A program made the position numbers and the translations under genes. A stretch of 64,000 nt of DNA from Pocillopora damicornis (lineage: Eukaryota). The stretch spans positions 62,001 through 126,000 of the forward strand of contig NW_020846105.1 in assembly GCF_003704095.1 (NCBI RefSeq), in the 5' to 3' direction. The notes beneath the pieces were generated by a model. That model saw only the letters and a program-made list of their open reading frames with translations. It was not told where the DNA came from and searched no databases. Below are positions 37,702 through 51,100 of the stretch, piece by piece (positions within the stretch are counted from its first letter, which is position 1; the number at the start of each line of letters is the position of its first letter).

Positions 37702-40700
37702 ATGATGTCGAAATGGGTAGCAGTGATAGTTTATACAGGTGAGTTTAGAAGATAGTATGTTGACGATAGTAACGAAGGAATTTTTACTGGTGAAGCTTAT
37801 GTACATATGACTTCTTAGAGACGTAAGACACTGAATAATGATTGCAAACGGTTAGACTTGTATTCAAACAAAAGTTAGCAAAGCATCACGCGATGGCTTC
37901 TCGAATTCGCGTCCTCCACATCGGAGGACAGGAATAAGAATAAGGGAACTTCATGACCGAATTGTTGTTATTGCTTAAAATTGTAAGAGGATTCAAGTAC
38001 ACATGCTATAACTTCATCATAATATAATTCATGACATATCAACCTAAATCATGAGCCTAGGAGGTTCGAAATCATCTGTCGGTCGATTGTCTATTTTTGG
38101 CCTTTGGTCAGCTTAAACCATGCAGTTGCAACCATTCACGATTTAGAAGGCTTAAGATAACACGGCTATGGTTTAAAAATTAGTTCATGCATTTGGTAAA
38201 CACAGATGAACTTGTTATGTTTAGTCGGGTGCCATTACCTATGAATTCATGCTTGACTGAGTATTTTATGACGTAAATTCAATAATTCAAAAGCATCAGC
38301 AGTTTGACATCTGCAGGAAACAGAAGTAGATTTGAAATAAAATATTGAAACATTATGTATTGCTGCTCCAAGTAGATCAACGAAGTTAAATTTATTTGAT
38401 TGCTAGTCGCCAACTGTTCGACGAAAATTCCTGCTTGTCAACTGAAAAACTTCCTAGGAAAGACCATGTTGTTTGACTGGGGAATTCTGTTGCATTACTG
38501 TTATGCTGGTTGGCCTTTTTTTCATGAACGTAGTACAAACATAATTTTTTGATAAAAAGATATGGCATTGCTAGATTCAAAGAAAAGTGGTAAAAAACAA
38601 ATTATAGAGGCATCGGTCATTCCAGCTGTCGAATAGAAGTACTTCATTAAGCCGTCTTCTTTGTAATTATTTTATCATGTGGTCATTCGAAAAGTAAATG
38701 GATATCTTTTAGATTCAAGAGAACGTTTTATTTCTAAATCGCTTTCATATTCTTCTCCTCTCACGAAGTTTTGAAACATTTATGTAAAATTGTACAGTGA
38801 TGCTCACTTATTTTCCTCGTGAAGCTTCCCCACAGAAACAAAAAGGCGCTGTACTGTTTCATTTTCTGTTATTTTTTATTTAATTCTTGAAAAATCTACG
38901 TTATTAACTGCATTTGAAAGTTAAGTTTTATTTAGATATAGAAGAAAATATATTGTGTCCTAGCCACAGATTAATATCCGTTCCTTTTTCTGTTATTGCA
39001 AAAAAGCGCAATAAGGTACCAGATTGTATGAACAGTCCATGAACTATTGTAGTGATGGCTTTACGTTTACCACCAAACAAAGGAAAAATGAAGACATGTC
39101 GGTTGACAGATGAAAGGTGTCTCCCATCTCTCAGACGTATACTTATTACAATATGCTAATCATAGTTTCTGACAGGTGAAAGTCCTATTCTTGATATAGT
39201 GAAAACTTATCAAAATATATTGCATTGCCGCAAAAATCATCTGATTTCCCACCTCCACTTTTAAACATTACTATCCTCTAATAGACCGCCAGACCCATAC
39301 ATATATGATGAAATTTATTTATGACACATTAGCACTGGTCATGTACCTGCTGGGTAAGTCCTCAAGTTATCATCCTTCTCAGTTTACATTTAATTTGTGT
39401 CTTAGGTTCTATTTCACCCAATCACCTTTTTGTTTTTTGCTGGCTGCTCAGTTACTCGTAAACTATCAATTTGCCCAAAGTCAAGCTTCCCTCACTTAAG
39501 TATAGAAAGTCGACCTAACTGAAGCCCTATTCGCTGATCGGGTACTCTTGTTTGTTTGTTTTTTTTAATCATAAATTGCAGTTCTTATCCAATGGAAACG
39601 GACCTATGGTGGCGTTTTAGGTGAGCTAAAGTTTGACTTCAGAATTCGCAAAGCTAAATCGAAACGTACACATCCTCAAGTCGTAACTGAGTGATGTGCT
39701 CGAGCAGCTGTACAAAGTAAGAGAAAGCAAAAATATATCTCTATACCTCCATGGAGACCAGACAAATAGAAGAAGAAACCTTGGATATTTTCCAAGAGTG
39801 AATTCTCTTTAGTTTGAGGATGAAAGCAAAATCTGCGTTAAAAGCTCCTCGTTTTATGTGTTTGTGTCTCAAAAAGATATTTCGTTATCGCAAAGTCATA
39901 GCCTGGTTTGCTGCAGAATTAATGTCGCGACCGGAAGAGGAAAAGATTGTCAATAGTGAGACAATATTTGTATTTTACTGAACTCTTACGTTGATAAATT
40001 TAAAAGCCTCCTTTGATGCTCGGTCAAGTCTTCATAGTCTCATGAAAAAGGTTTTTGTTCTTTTTTTATTTGTTTTACGATATATTTTCAATCATTATTC
40101 AGACACCTTTACTGAAATTTTGCTTTATTTTGTATCTGTATGACAATTGGCAAAGATTGCACTCCTGCCATGTCTAATAGATCAGTGTGGTTGTCAAGCA
40201 CAAACTCATCGGTGAACATTTCAAGTCCTACAGCATCTTTTTTAACCTCGTCGGTTTATTGTTCGTGGAAAGCGTTCGTTCCCTTAGGATACCAGATTAA
40301 AGTTCACTTCAGTTCCTTCAACATAACAAACAGTTCGAACTGTTTTAAGGCGTCTGTAGAAATAGCCGAAGTGCGAGACGATTTTCACAAAGTCCTAGGT
40401 CGATATTGCGGAAAAATACCTAATGACGTCTTCTCTACGTACAACTTGAACACTCTCACGGTAATATACACTGCATCAATTGAGCCTGGGCAGACACATC
40501 AAGGATTTTATGCCTCATTAATGCTGGTGTCACCAGGTAAGAAAAATAATAAGAAACCACTAAGGGAGGTGATTTTGTTTGCAAACATTTCATATAATTC
40601 TGATGCAGCCTGCGCATAATCAGTTGAGTTTTTTACATATATCTCTGACTAGCACGATGGATAAGAATTTTAAACCTTTCCCGTGGCATGATGTAGCCAC

Positions 40701-43700
40701 TAAGGAGTTCTTCTATGAGTCACATTTCTACTTCAGTATGTTTTTGTCGTTAGTCAACACACAGCCAATTAAAGCACACAATGTGTTTGTTGGTTCTTAG
40801 AGTCACTTAATTTTTCCACCAACAACGAGACGACGCCCAACTGTTAATTTGAACTTGGCTGTAACAATTTGCTCTTTTTTGGTACAGACTTAGGATAAGG
40901 AACTGAATTGGAAATTGCAACCCTAAACAATGTTGATCTTAATCTATACCAATTTTTTGTGAGAGAGAGGCGGATTAGATTGAAATTTATTTTTTAGACG
41001 CTTAACTGTATTTCCTGTTTATCTCTTCAACTTACGATGTAAGCGGAGTGTAGCCAAGAACATGACCCCGATGCAAACAATAACATAATGAGGAGCGGCA
41101 CAAATGGCACCATTCAAAGCCCTCTTAATCCATTTTCTCACAACATCGATACGAAATGCCGCTGGACTATAACAGTACCCAGCGGTCACCGTATCAAGCT
41201 TAACTTCAGCGTGTTCCACCTGGGGGAAATCGCAGGGCAGGATACTTGCGATGGAGTTGATTACGTGGATGTGCGAGATAGCTACAATGATAATGACCCA
41301 CCCTATGGAAAGTTCTGTGGAAATAAGAAACCTTCTACAATATATTCAGTCGGACCAAGGATCGTCGTAACGTTCGTATCAGACGGGAAGAAACGTTTAC
41401 GGGGGTTCTCCGCTAAGTTTGAAGCAATTTCCGGAGGTAGGTTGAACTTAGACATATCTTTAGGCATAGCTTTCTATCTCACACACTGACATAACGAAGG
41501 GGGCTAGAATTTGAAGTTGATCTGTGCCTAATGACACGGCATCTGCCTGCCTTACAGCAGAATCGTCACAAAAGTCCCCACTTAGGTAATTTCTGACGTT
41601 GGGGTGACATGGGAACGAATTAGACAAGAATTAATATTCTGATGGCACGTAGAAGAAGTTCGCCTAGCATTATGGAAGTTTCGGATTATTTAAGTGTTTC
41701 GCTGGAAAATTAAGCCATTCTAGGTCTGTCAGTCTTTGGTTTGACCACTTTCTTTTTGTATTTGTTGTAATTTTGGTATTCCAACTCCTTGTAAAATGTC
41801 TTTACAATCACTGATTTTTCTTTATGATTAGTGGTACAACCAGGTTAGTTTACCCTTTCCTAGTGGTATTGCGCTTCTGCTTTAGATCAGGACTACGTTT
41901 CCACGCATTTTTTTGCCACATCTGGCAAAAAAAAGCGTGGAAACGTGATTTTTTAGTGGTTTTTAGTATATGGCGTAGCACAGCTTTTTTTTTTTATAGA
42001 ACCCCTCGTTTCTGGGTGCACATGTTAAGATTTTTTAAGGATGCGTATACTAAAAGACTGACAGACTCATCCTAAATAAACTTTTCACATTGAATGTCTC
42101 GTGTGAGTCTAGTCAGAATATTCCTTTCCTCATATCATTTGCGTAAATACGAAGGGAAAACAACATGAAAATTTTTATTCTAGAAAAATCAGTAAAAAAG
42201 TATTTCCTTAAAATCTTTATAGTAAAGTGTTTCTTGCGCGCAAATTTCAGGGTAAAAGATCAATAAAAATTTGTTTTACGCGTTTACACTGCTAACTGCA
42301 GAATCGTTTCCTATTGCTAAAGGGGAGCAGCCTGTTTAGACGTGTTTGAAATTAATTTTTTTTTTCTTTCAGTTGTAAGCACTGCTTACAGCTGAATCGT
42401 TAATGGCCTAACTCATCAAGCGTCACTCATTCAAAATCCCAAGGGGAAATCAAATGAAACTCTTTTTGTTTTAGGTGTATGTACCCCCAACAACAGAATC
42501 ATTCAACTTAATCTGACCCAAAATTCAGTGGGGCGTTTATCGTCACCAGATTACCCTCTCCAATTACCTTCTGTCAGCTCGTGTTTTTGGCGACTGAAGG
42601 CACCCGATGGCTACTGTGTTAAGCTTTCTTTCACCTCGCTGAATATTAAAGGAGAATGTGAAGAAGAGGGTCATCGAGAAGAGCTAATGCGAGTCGATGA
42701 TTACTTCACCACCGACTTTGGCAGTGTTACTTCTTTTTGGGGTCACTTTTGCAAAGATGTCCAACCGCAAGTGATATACTCAACACGAAATGAACTCCAA
42801 ATTTTTTTCACTTCTAACTATTCAAATGGAAAGGATTACAGTAGTGATAAGCCAGTGGATCCCAACTCGGCCACCGGCTTTTATGGAACTTACCAAGTTA
42901 CTCCGCAAGGTAAATAAAATTTTAGCCTTTCCAAATACTTAAGAAACAGAGAGATTTGCCTTTGTGTATCATAGTGATTCACATAGATGGTTAGCTGCTG
43001 ATACCTCTTGTGGCTGTTACTTCTTGGTGGTTTTTCAATTGGTCAACAATTAGTTCAGGCATGAAGTGCGGTGAGCGCACATATCGCAAGTATGCCTTGG
43101 TGCATGCATTTGTGGATTCGTTCTTGAAGTGCAGAATTTTACTTTTGAAATTTAACCTCACTTCCCTGTTAGTGTTACTTTTCATCATCATCATTATTAT
43201 CATAATTACGACCATATCAAATTGTGTTTGTGAACGATATACATAAGAGTATATGACCAGATATGTTTTTTATAGTATGTAGCAAAAAGAGCGGTCATCA
43301 CAAGGAGGTTTTCTGTTATCACGGCTAAAATCAACAAAATTGAAACAAGACGTCTCCATATTGAAAACTTTGCCAACAAAGAAAATATATATGTCTTAGA
43401 TATCGGACAACAAAGAGCTTCACAAAACATTTACATAAAGAATATTCGGACCTTGTTAACATGAAATTAGTTCCATTTCCAACCTAGACTACAAGCAGTC
43501 CTTCCAATTCGGCGAAGTCCGTCGCGCGAGTCCAAAAAAAATCAGTAAAAAAAAATTGAAGCTAGCTCGGAGAGCTCTTGAGTAATGTCGATGGGCCGCG
43601 AGAGTTGCATGAGTGAGGCGCTCGAAAAGCTTGTTGACAGATTTCCGGCTGATAGCCAATCATCTTTTTGCGTTGTGAGCGCGATGCAGAATTCAAACTC

Positions 43701-44759
43701 TTGGGCCTAGTGCGTAGTCCCTACTTTTCGAGCGCCTCACTCATGCATGGAGTCACTACAAGAGCTCCCTACGGTTTTTCCAATGATTTTTTTCGACTCG
43801 CGCGCCGGACTTCGCCGTAAAGGAGGGACTGCTCGTAATCTATATCCAACCTGAATTGAAACGTACAGGGAATATATGACTTACTGAGGTTTTTTCCTAA
43901 TTTTTGTCAGGTCATACAAGCCGTTGTCGAACTGATTCAAACAAAGAAAATTTCATTACATTGAAAGGTAGCAGAGGTTCTCTGGTAAGCCCAGGGTATC
44001 CAAATTCCTATCCCATAATTACTTGTACCTGGCGTCTTGTCGTTCCGGATGGTCATATTCTAGAAATGGACGTACAAGATTTTGAAATGTCTTGCGATGG
44101 AAAGAGCAAACTAAAAGTCGGTCAGGAGGTCTTCTGTGGTTCCAAAAAACCTCAAGGCCTTTTGACATCTGATTCCGACTTAACCGTGAGGATGATTGTA
44201 ACAGAGTCGCAAAATAACCGCGGCTTTCGTGCGGAGTTTGTAACAAAAGAGAAAGGTAATTACTAGTGATATTTCGTATGATTTTGGCTTTCGTGCGGAG
44301 TTTGTAACAAAAATAAAAGGTAATTACCAGTAATCTTTCGTACGATTTTTCTTTCAGAAATTTATATCCTGTCTTATAAACTTTGCTGAAATACTCTCAG
44401 TTATAGACAAAAATCATATTTTGTAAAGGAACAAACTGTACTTAGAGGCGGAAATTGAAGAAAAACTCGGCAAAAAGTTAAACTAATTTTTGCCATAATC
44501 GGAATCAACTGTAGAAGAGTAACTTTTAACTTACAGCTACACTGTAAGGTGATTCACCTGTTTTCTTACCTCTGCAGAAGTAGACGCGGCATCGATCGTT
44601 CCGTGGATAGTGGTTCCAGTCATTGTTGTGGCGATTTGCGTGACAATGGTGGTAATATGGAGAAGGAAGACAGCAGCTGGGCGTGACCGCCGAGGGTCTT
44701 CATTCAAAGCCAGTATAATAAAGCGGATGAGAACACAGTCAACAAACAGTCAGTTTTAA
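37702..44759 (+). CDS. Four-CUB-domain type I membrane protein (~603 aa)
   Basis: Putative signal exons 37702-37738 and 39582-39620 (MMSKWVAVIVYTVLIQWKRTYGGVL). CUB exons 40156-40536, 41044-41436, 42475-42909 and 43911-44255. TM/tail exon 44578-44759 (WIVVPVIVVAICVTMVVIWRRK..NSQF*). All introns are phase 1. Confidence 0.85.
43485..43842. mobile_element. Hairpin MITE with probable 9-bp target-site duplication (Mutator-like)
   Basis: TIRs tagactacaagcagtcc / ggactgctcgtaatcta. Internal inverted blocks (tgcatgagtgaggcgctcgaaaag / cttttcgagcgcctcactcatgca). Flanks tttccaacc / tatccaacc. Confidence 0.8.
44222..44349 (+). repeat. 64-bp tandem duplication spanning the CUB4 exon 3' end and its splice donor
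   Basis: ggctttcgtgcggagtttgtaacaaaa..aaaggtaattac.agt.at.tttcgta.gatttt occurs twice. Confidence 0.9.
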
Positions 44760-47700
44760 ACTAAATGAAATACACAATGTGAACAAAACAGTTTAAATGC
44801 CGAAGAATCATGATATGCGCGGCTGACCAAGTGGTAACCGAAAAGAACGAAGTGCGCCATTTTCACGAATAAGCATTTGAAGCATAGTGGTCCTGGCTTC
44901 ACTGGAAAAGAATGTAGTTGGTTTAGCTAGGATAATGAAGTGCACAGCCTTTAGTAGAAAACCATGCATGAATTAAGAGTAAAAGAGAAAATATTTCCAG
45001 GTCCCGCCAAACTTCTTGTAAGTGGGTTTTCACTGCCCATGTATATAATGTACAATTTTGGAAGTTCCTCTTAAAATCAGATATTCTCTTTAAAATCAAA
45101 ATATATGGATTAATAAAATTGGATCAAAACGGTCCTAAGAAATTGTAGGTAAAAAGTTGTTTCCACTTTTTTCGTTTTCGTTTGTTTCCAGCCACAGGAA
45201 CCTAATTACTCAACGCGCATGCAATAGAGTTGTAACAGCAGTAAATGTTACAGGCGATACCTGTTAGTATAGTACCACTGTGCTCTGTTTTAGTGTTTCC
45301 CAGTTCGTCCGTGTCAACTGAGAAACATCCCGACCTCTCTCTCTTAGCAGTTAACAACAAAAGGTTGTAAAAACCTGTCACAAAAACAAAAATATTTTCA
45401 AACAGAAGCTGGAGGGAGTGAGAAGGTACCTGGGCACAACGGCTATAATTGAAACTTATGAGACGTTGTACTTGCAAAACTGAAACTGAGAATTAAATAT
45501 CAACGAAGAAACCTACACAAATGTTCCTACCCAAAGAAAAATTACGCGGAAAGGAATTAAGGTTGGTGGAAAGAATTTGAAAACAAGAGAGAAGATGTCC
45601 GTACAATGTACAAATGTAACTGAGAATGCACCAATTAAATAGCCGGGAGAGCGCCCACAGTATTTAGCAGAGGGTGCGGCAAAAAAGGTAATTAATAAAA
45701 TCGCAGAGAACAATATTTTCCGTAGTATTCTTCGCAGCGCGTTACGTGATGAACAAACAACTGCTGCGAAGGAGACTATTCACTGTGTCGATTTTGATAC
45801 ATGTGATACTATTTCCTCTTTGTAAAATATCAACATCTTTAATGCATTTGTGATCAAGTTCTGGCTGTTGGAAACGCTCGAAACTGACGGCGCACAAAAA
45901 TAAAAATTCGTGTAAAACTTTAATTTAAAAGGCAGTGTAAGTACCCGGTAAATATCAGCACTCACTTTCTAACAAAAAAAACCAACTAGTTGATATTCTC
46001 TTGCTCTCTAATCAATTTTTTTTGCAGCTACAGTGTGAAAAAATGTGATGGATTCCTTTGCCTTTAAAATGGGTTCCTTCATTTTAGTCAGTGGTTCAAA
46101 TTTATCTGTACATCGCTTTTTGCAGATTTTCTGTAAGAGCATCGTGAAAAATACCCTTTCTCACAAATAATTTAGATTTCTTTCGTTCTTAGTTTAGTTC
46201 TGTTGAAAGAAACGCTCATTTGCTTACTATGACGTGAAGGTGTTCAGCACGAATGCCGAAATAAGAATAGACAGGTGTAATTTGTTCAGTTTCTCTGTAA
46301 ATCACTGAGCTCTCGGCAAAAAAGTTCAGCATTTGGCTTTGAATTGTGTCATTGTCTTTTAACCGTTTGACTTAGAACAGTATGATCCTAACTCAAAAGC
46401 TGATCAAAGCTGAAAGAAAACACTTCATAACAAGTAGTGTTTACAGTTCTCTGGTCGAATGATGGAGGAAATGTAGACAAAATTATTTGTTTAGACCGTG
46501 TCAAAAACTTTTATCTTATGTATTTGCTCAGTGTTTAGATAATTTCATTTGGACAACGTTAAAAATATGCGACATAATCGAAGTAAAATATGAGATTTTT
46601 TTTAGCAATTGTTTGTTATTTGCGCACAGAGCGATACGCGAAAAACTCGCGAACGTTTTCCGTTTCTCAGAGCGAATATGTACAATTCAGCGAATTCTGC
46701 CTAGAGGGGTATAAATCGGAACATGGAGAAGGGACCAACCATCCAATCTGTAATTTTAGCGAAATTTTTGCTGCAGTTGAATTATTAAAAAAAAATCTGT
46801 TTACCTTCCCATTTGCGAAAACGTGTACTGATGTGTTCACCAAACACTTCATATAAGAACACGAACAGTTTCTCCTGTAGGCAATTTTCTCTCTTGTCGA
46901 TGTTCATCTGCTTGCGATCAAAAATCTAACTAAGATTCTCGCTATTTTCTGTTGTTTGTCGCAGCGAAATTTTCACCTTCTACGCCTAGATATTGAAATC
47001 ACAATAAGTACCTTGGTCAGATTTCATTATTCCCAAATACGGCAGTGGCGATCCGCGTTTAAGGGAGCAGCAGACGGACTTTTGGCGGGAAAAAAATCTA
47101 TCAGTGAAAATCCCGATAAGATACACAAAATAAAAGCAATTTACATCGGACTTACGCAAGAGATCAATAATATTTCAGAAAGGCGAGGTAGGTTTAGAAA
47201 AATATACGGTACGCGACCCTTCCAAGATGTAAATCAGACGAGGGATTTCAGAAAAGACCTGAAAGAAACCCGTAAGATTTTTGAAATGGTGATCTCAGAG
47301 AACGCACCTAAAAGTAGTTGAATTCGCCTCTGTTCTCTTGAAATGCTTCGTTAACATCGATTTAGTCGGAGGAGGGGGGGGGGGGATCAGTAACAGCGAT
47401 GAACCGATGTACCGTCTAAAAGTAGAAACAATACCTGTTTTCGCTTGATTCCACCAAAATCATGACACGCTTTGTCAGTGTTGACGAGATAGAACCTTTT
47501 AATTTCTTTTTTCCCCATAACTGACCAATGAAAGGCACAAATCCGAAGCAACAACATCGTGAGATCAACGATGAAATATTTCATTCATTGTATATGTACT
47601 TGACTGCGCTGAAGAGCCAAAACCTCTATTACGACAGGTTGTTGTTGGTTGAAGAATAATATATCTCGAGAATATAAAATTATCTTTAAGATTCCTCCAT

Positions 47701-48155
47701 CTATAAACTAGCGGTTAACCTGTTCCTGGCAATTAGTTGGTAAAGGGGCGTGATAAAAAGCGAAGAGCGAATAAACGAGGGAGGTCTGGAACAGATCGTG
47801 ATCAGGATAATCGTTGGAAGCAGTCTCTTACAGTTTGCCCCGCAGAAATTATAACTGCCTTGTTTACCAGTTGAGCGCCAAGAATAGGCTACAACATACA
47901 TGAATGAAACCTTCGAGGTTAAGTAACGTACAGTTCCATTATGTTGCGATGCATTGATTGAAGATTTTGCGTATAAAATATCAGAAAAGAAGACGAGTTT
48001 AAAACGAGAATCTCTACTAAGTAACACACGCTGGATAAAGTCGTGTCGTGGGATTCACTTGTTAATTCTTAAAGTTGCTTTGGTAATAGGTATGAATGAC
48101 AGAAGCATTTCCGAGTCGAACAAAAGGGTCAACAGAAGTCCTGAGGTTTTGGGTT

Positions 48156-51100
48156 TCAAGTTGCCATGGTAATGAAAAGAAGCAGGGCAAAACAAACAGT
48201 ACTGGTTAGGACAACGAGGAATCCAAAGGTCATGTAAAGTAGTCCTGCAAAAGTGAAAAAAAAAGGTTATGACGAGAGAAGCGGTACCAACGCAGGAATC
48301 GAGACCTATCATAGCTTTCGACGTTCGTCTTGCGCAATTGTATACAAATCATTGGTAAGTGACAAGGACGACCCATCGTACGCGCTGTAGGATCTTACCT
48401 TTCTTACTCTTTTGGCACCTAATGTAGATCTCAAGTGCAACAACTGCTACCAGGCCGACGCAGAAAAAGGTCATGAGATAAACTCCGACTTCAGCATTTA
48501 AATGAGGCAGGCGAAGGCCAAGGAATATGTTGGCCACTAAAAACCGACATAAATAAGAATGTCAGTATAATTATTAGTGCCTACTGATAACAAAGGTTAA
48601 GAAAATGACTTATTTTCTATCAAAACTCACCCGCAAGAATAAATGCAGAGATGCCAACGCAACGATGGCACCAGTTGAAAATCCATCGACTATGCGCAAG
48701 AACAGAAAAATGTAATAAGTCCACCGTCACACTTTGGCGACCAATGTTTTCGAAATTTTCCTTAAACTAAATTGAGTTTACAGCACGATATATTTCCTTA
48801 CTTCTCGGCTGCTGGTTTAGGCCTCATGAGCGCCATAATGGGCTGTGCACAGACAAGAAGAGTGATAATAACCCCTAGTACAGAGTGTGCCACATCTGCC
48901 TAATGATTAATATACGATAAAATCAGTTAAGGGTTGACAGAGATATTACCGAGCCCTAAAGTACAAAAGAAATATCTCAGTCTTTTGTTTCTCCCAACTG
49001 GAAGGCGTACGAAAATGAAAGAGAACTGACTTTTAACAAAAAGGTTATTGCCTGCTAACTACTTCAGGCATAGGTTCAGAAACTTAATTAGAGTATAGAA
49101 CTTTGATGCCTACTTAGCATGAGTAAATGAACCTAAAGATGTCACATACAGATTAAAGCACTACGTTAAACCAACGGTGACAGTTTTTTCCTTACTTCAG
49201 ACCAGCCTTCGACGTGAGCAAAAACCAGCACAAAACCGACTAGAGTGAAAATCAAACAGCTTACAGTCAGTGCCCTGTGAACCTAAAAGAAACAGGTGAA
49301 TTACCCAAAGACAGAAATAAAATCAAGCTGTCTAAGAGACTGTCCACTAAATGATCGCTAGTTATTTATGTGTTAGCATTCCGCTTGGGGGGTTTGCTCA
49401 GTCAAGAGGGAACGAAAAATTTAACTTTTGAACTACATCATTCTACTATATATGCAACTAAACCATCCCCATTATGCGGCCCTTCACAAAACTATCACCG
49501 TACGCAAAATTTCTGACAAACTCAGCAAAGTGGGATGGTGGTCATTTCAGTGTATATTTCCTTACTGTTGCCTCGATGAAAAGTTGGCAAGATTACCTGG
49601 AACCACTTCTTAAGTCCAAATAGTTTTCCCCAGACGTCCTTCATATAACGCGCGGCAAACATAGCCAGGGTTGCAAACCCAACTCAGGCCACCACCATTA
49701 GCGAGCCTAAATGTCAATAAAGAGTAAAACATTAGTAAGAGCTTAGTACGCAGACTCCCCTAAAGTATTAAAAGTACTCATTGAGCCTACATTGGGAAGT
49801 TAATAACTGTCATTTGAGATGAGAGAAATCCCCCCCCCCTTGCCTCTACTTGTTGGGATATAAAATTTCTGAGTCCCATGAAACACCTGACGAACGATAA
49901 GAAGTAAGAAGAGACAAAAAGGAATCATCCTATTTTTGTATAACCTTTTACAGCTAAATATCAAACTCTAGTTACCGTGAGCTTTCAGTAGCTTGTTGTC
50001 CGTAGTCTTACTCTCGAGCGCGGTGTTCAGTTTACAAACGTCGACTTTACTTGTGCTGGGTGACCTGTGAGTGTGCCGGATAAGTATACCACCTGAAGAT
50101 AATAAATAAGAAAATACAGTTATGATAAACGGCAGTGAGAATACACCAGGTAGGTCTTACGCTGATTGAATCGCCGATGAGAAATATTTCCCAACGTACC
50201 ATTCACATCACCACGAGCGTAAATTAAGAACACTTCTTGGTCCAATCCTAACATGCCATTTGCTGTTTTATTTCGAGAAAATCTGAGAAAACATTAAAAA
50301 GAAAGTGTTTTAAAATAAGTATTCAACTTAAATGCTACCAAAGATTCAGACATTTTCATAACTTTCTGAAAAGAATATCAAAGGATCATACGTTTTAAGT
50401 TTTTTTCGATTACATTTTCACAACTAACCAATGACAGTACCCACCTACACTTAATGACTCCGTCTTGATACGCACCAGAGATCACCATAAGGCCTGCAGG
50501 AGTCTGGTTTAAACCAAAAGGTTTAGTTACACAGCTTGCGCACAAAATGTAATAAGTAAAAAGGTTTTAAGACTAGAGATGGACGAAAAACAGACTTAAC
50601 ATAAAACAAAGTTGGAATTGAACTCGCAAGATGGGCTTTCCTTCTCTCTTTCCATTTTAAGTAAAGGGTAAAGGATTCGAAAAAAAAAAAACAAAAACAA
50701 AAACACATGCACACACATATGGCCACGTTCAGTCTCATTCGAAACCTGACCATACATATATATTTTAAACCCTGGTCTAAACGCACAAATCTTTCTCACC
50801 GGTTTGGTTTGAACTGGGTTGTCATGGCCAGTCAGGCTATAGTGCTCCGTGGCTACAGTGTCATCATTTAAGCGAGAGCAGATAATAGTATCTGTACCGT
50901 CCTGAAGTAAATGTAAAGGAATGGGTAATGATTTCACAAAGGCAATTGCCACTGTCGATGAAGCTTTCATCTACGCAAAGGCGTTCTAATTTACCATTTT
51001 GCTCTCTTTGTTGAATCCGATGGCGACCCAACCAGCCTTCGCACTCAACTCAAATTTGACGTCATTCTTGTCTTCGCAAGGTTCGAATGTGACAAGATAG

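Noticed and set aside
41895-41946. Near-perfect hairpin resembling a terminator
   Set aside because: Eukaryotic intron; most likely a collapsed MITE remnant.
45200-48100. Short ORFs between the CUB receptor and FRRS1 copy A
   Set aside because: No recognisable domains or consistent exon structure; likely intergenic DNA and repeat debris.
49684-49686. In-frame TGA as possible selenocysteine or readthrough
   Set aside because: It aligns to a conserved Trp (TGG>TGA), not Cys, and the same gene has an independent TAG.
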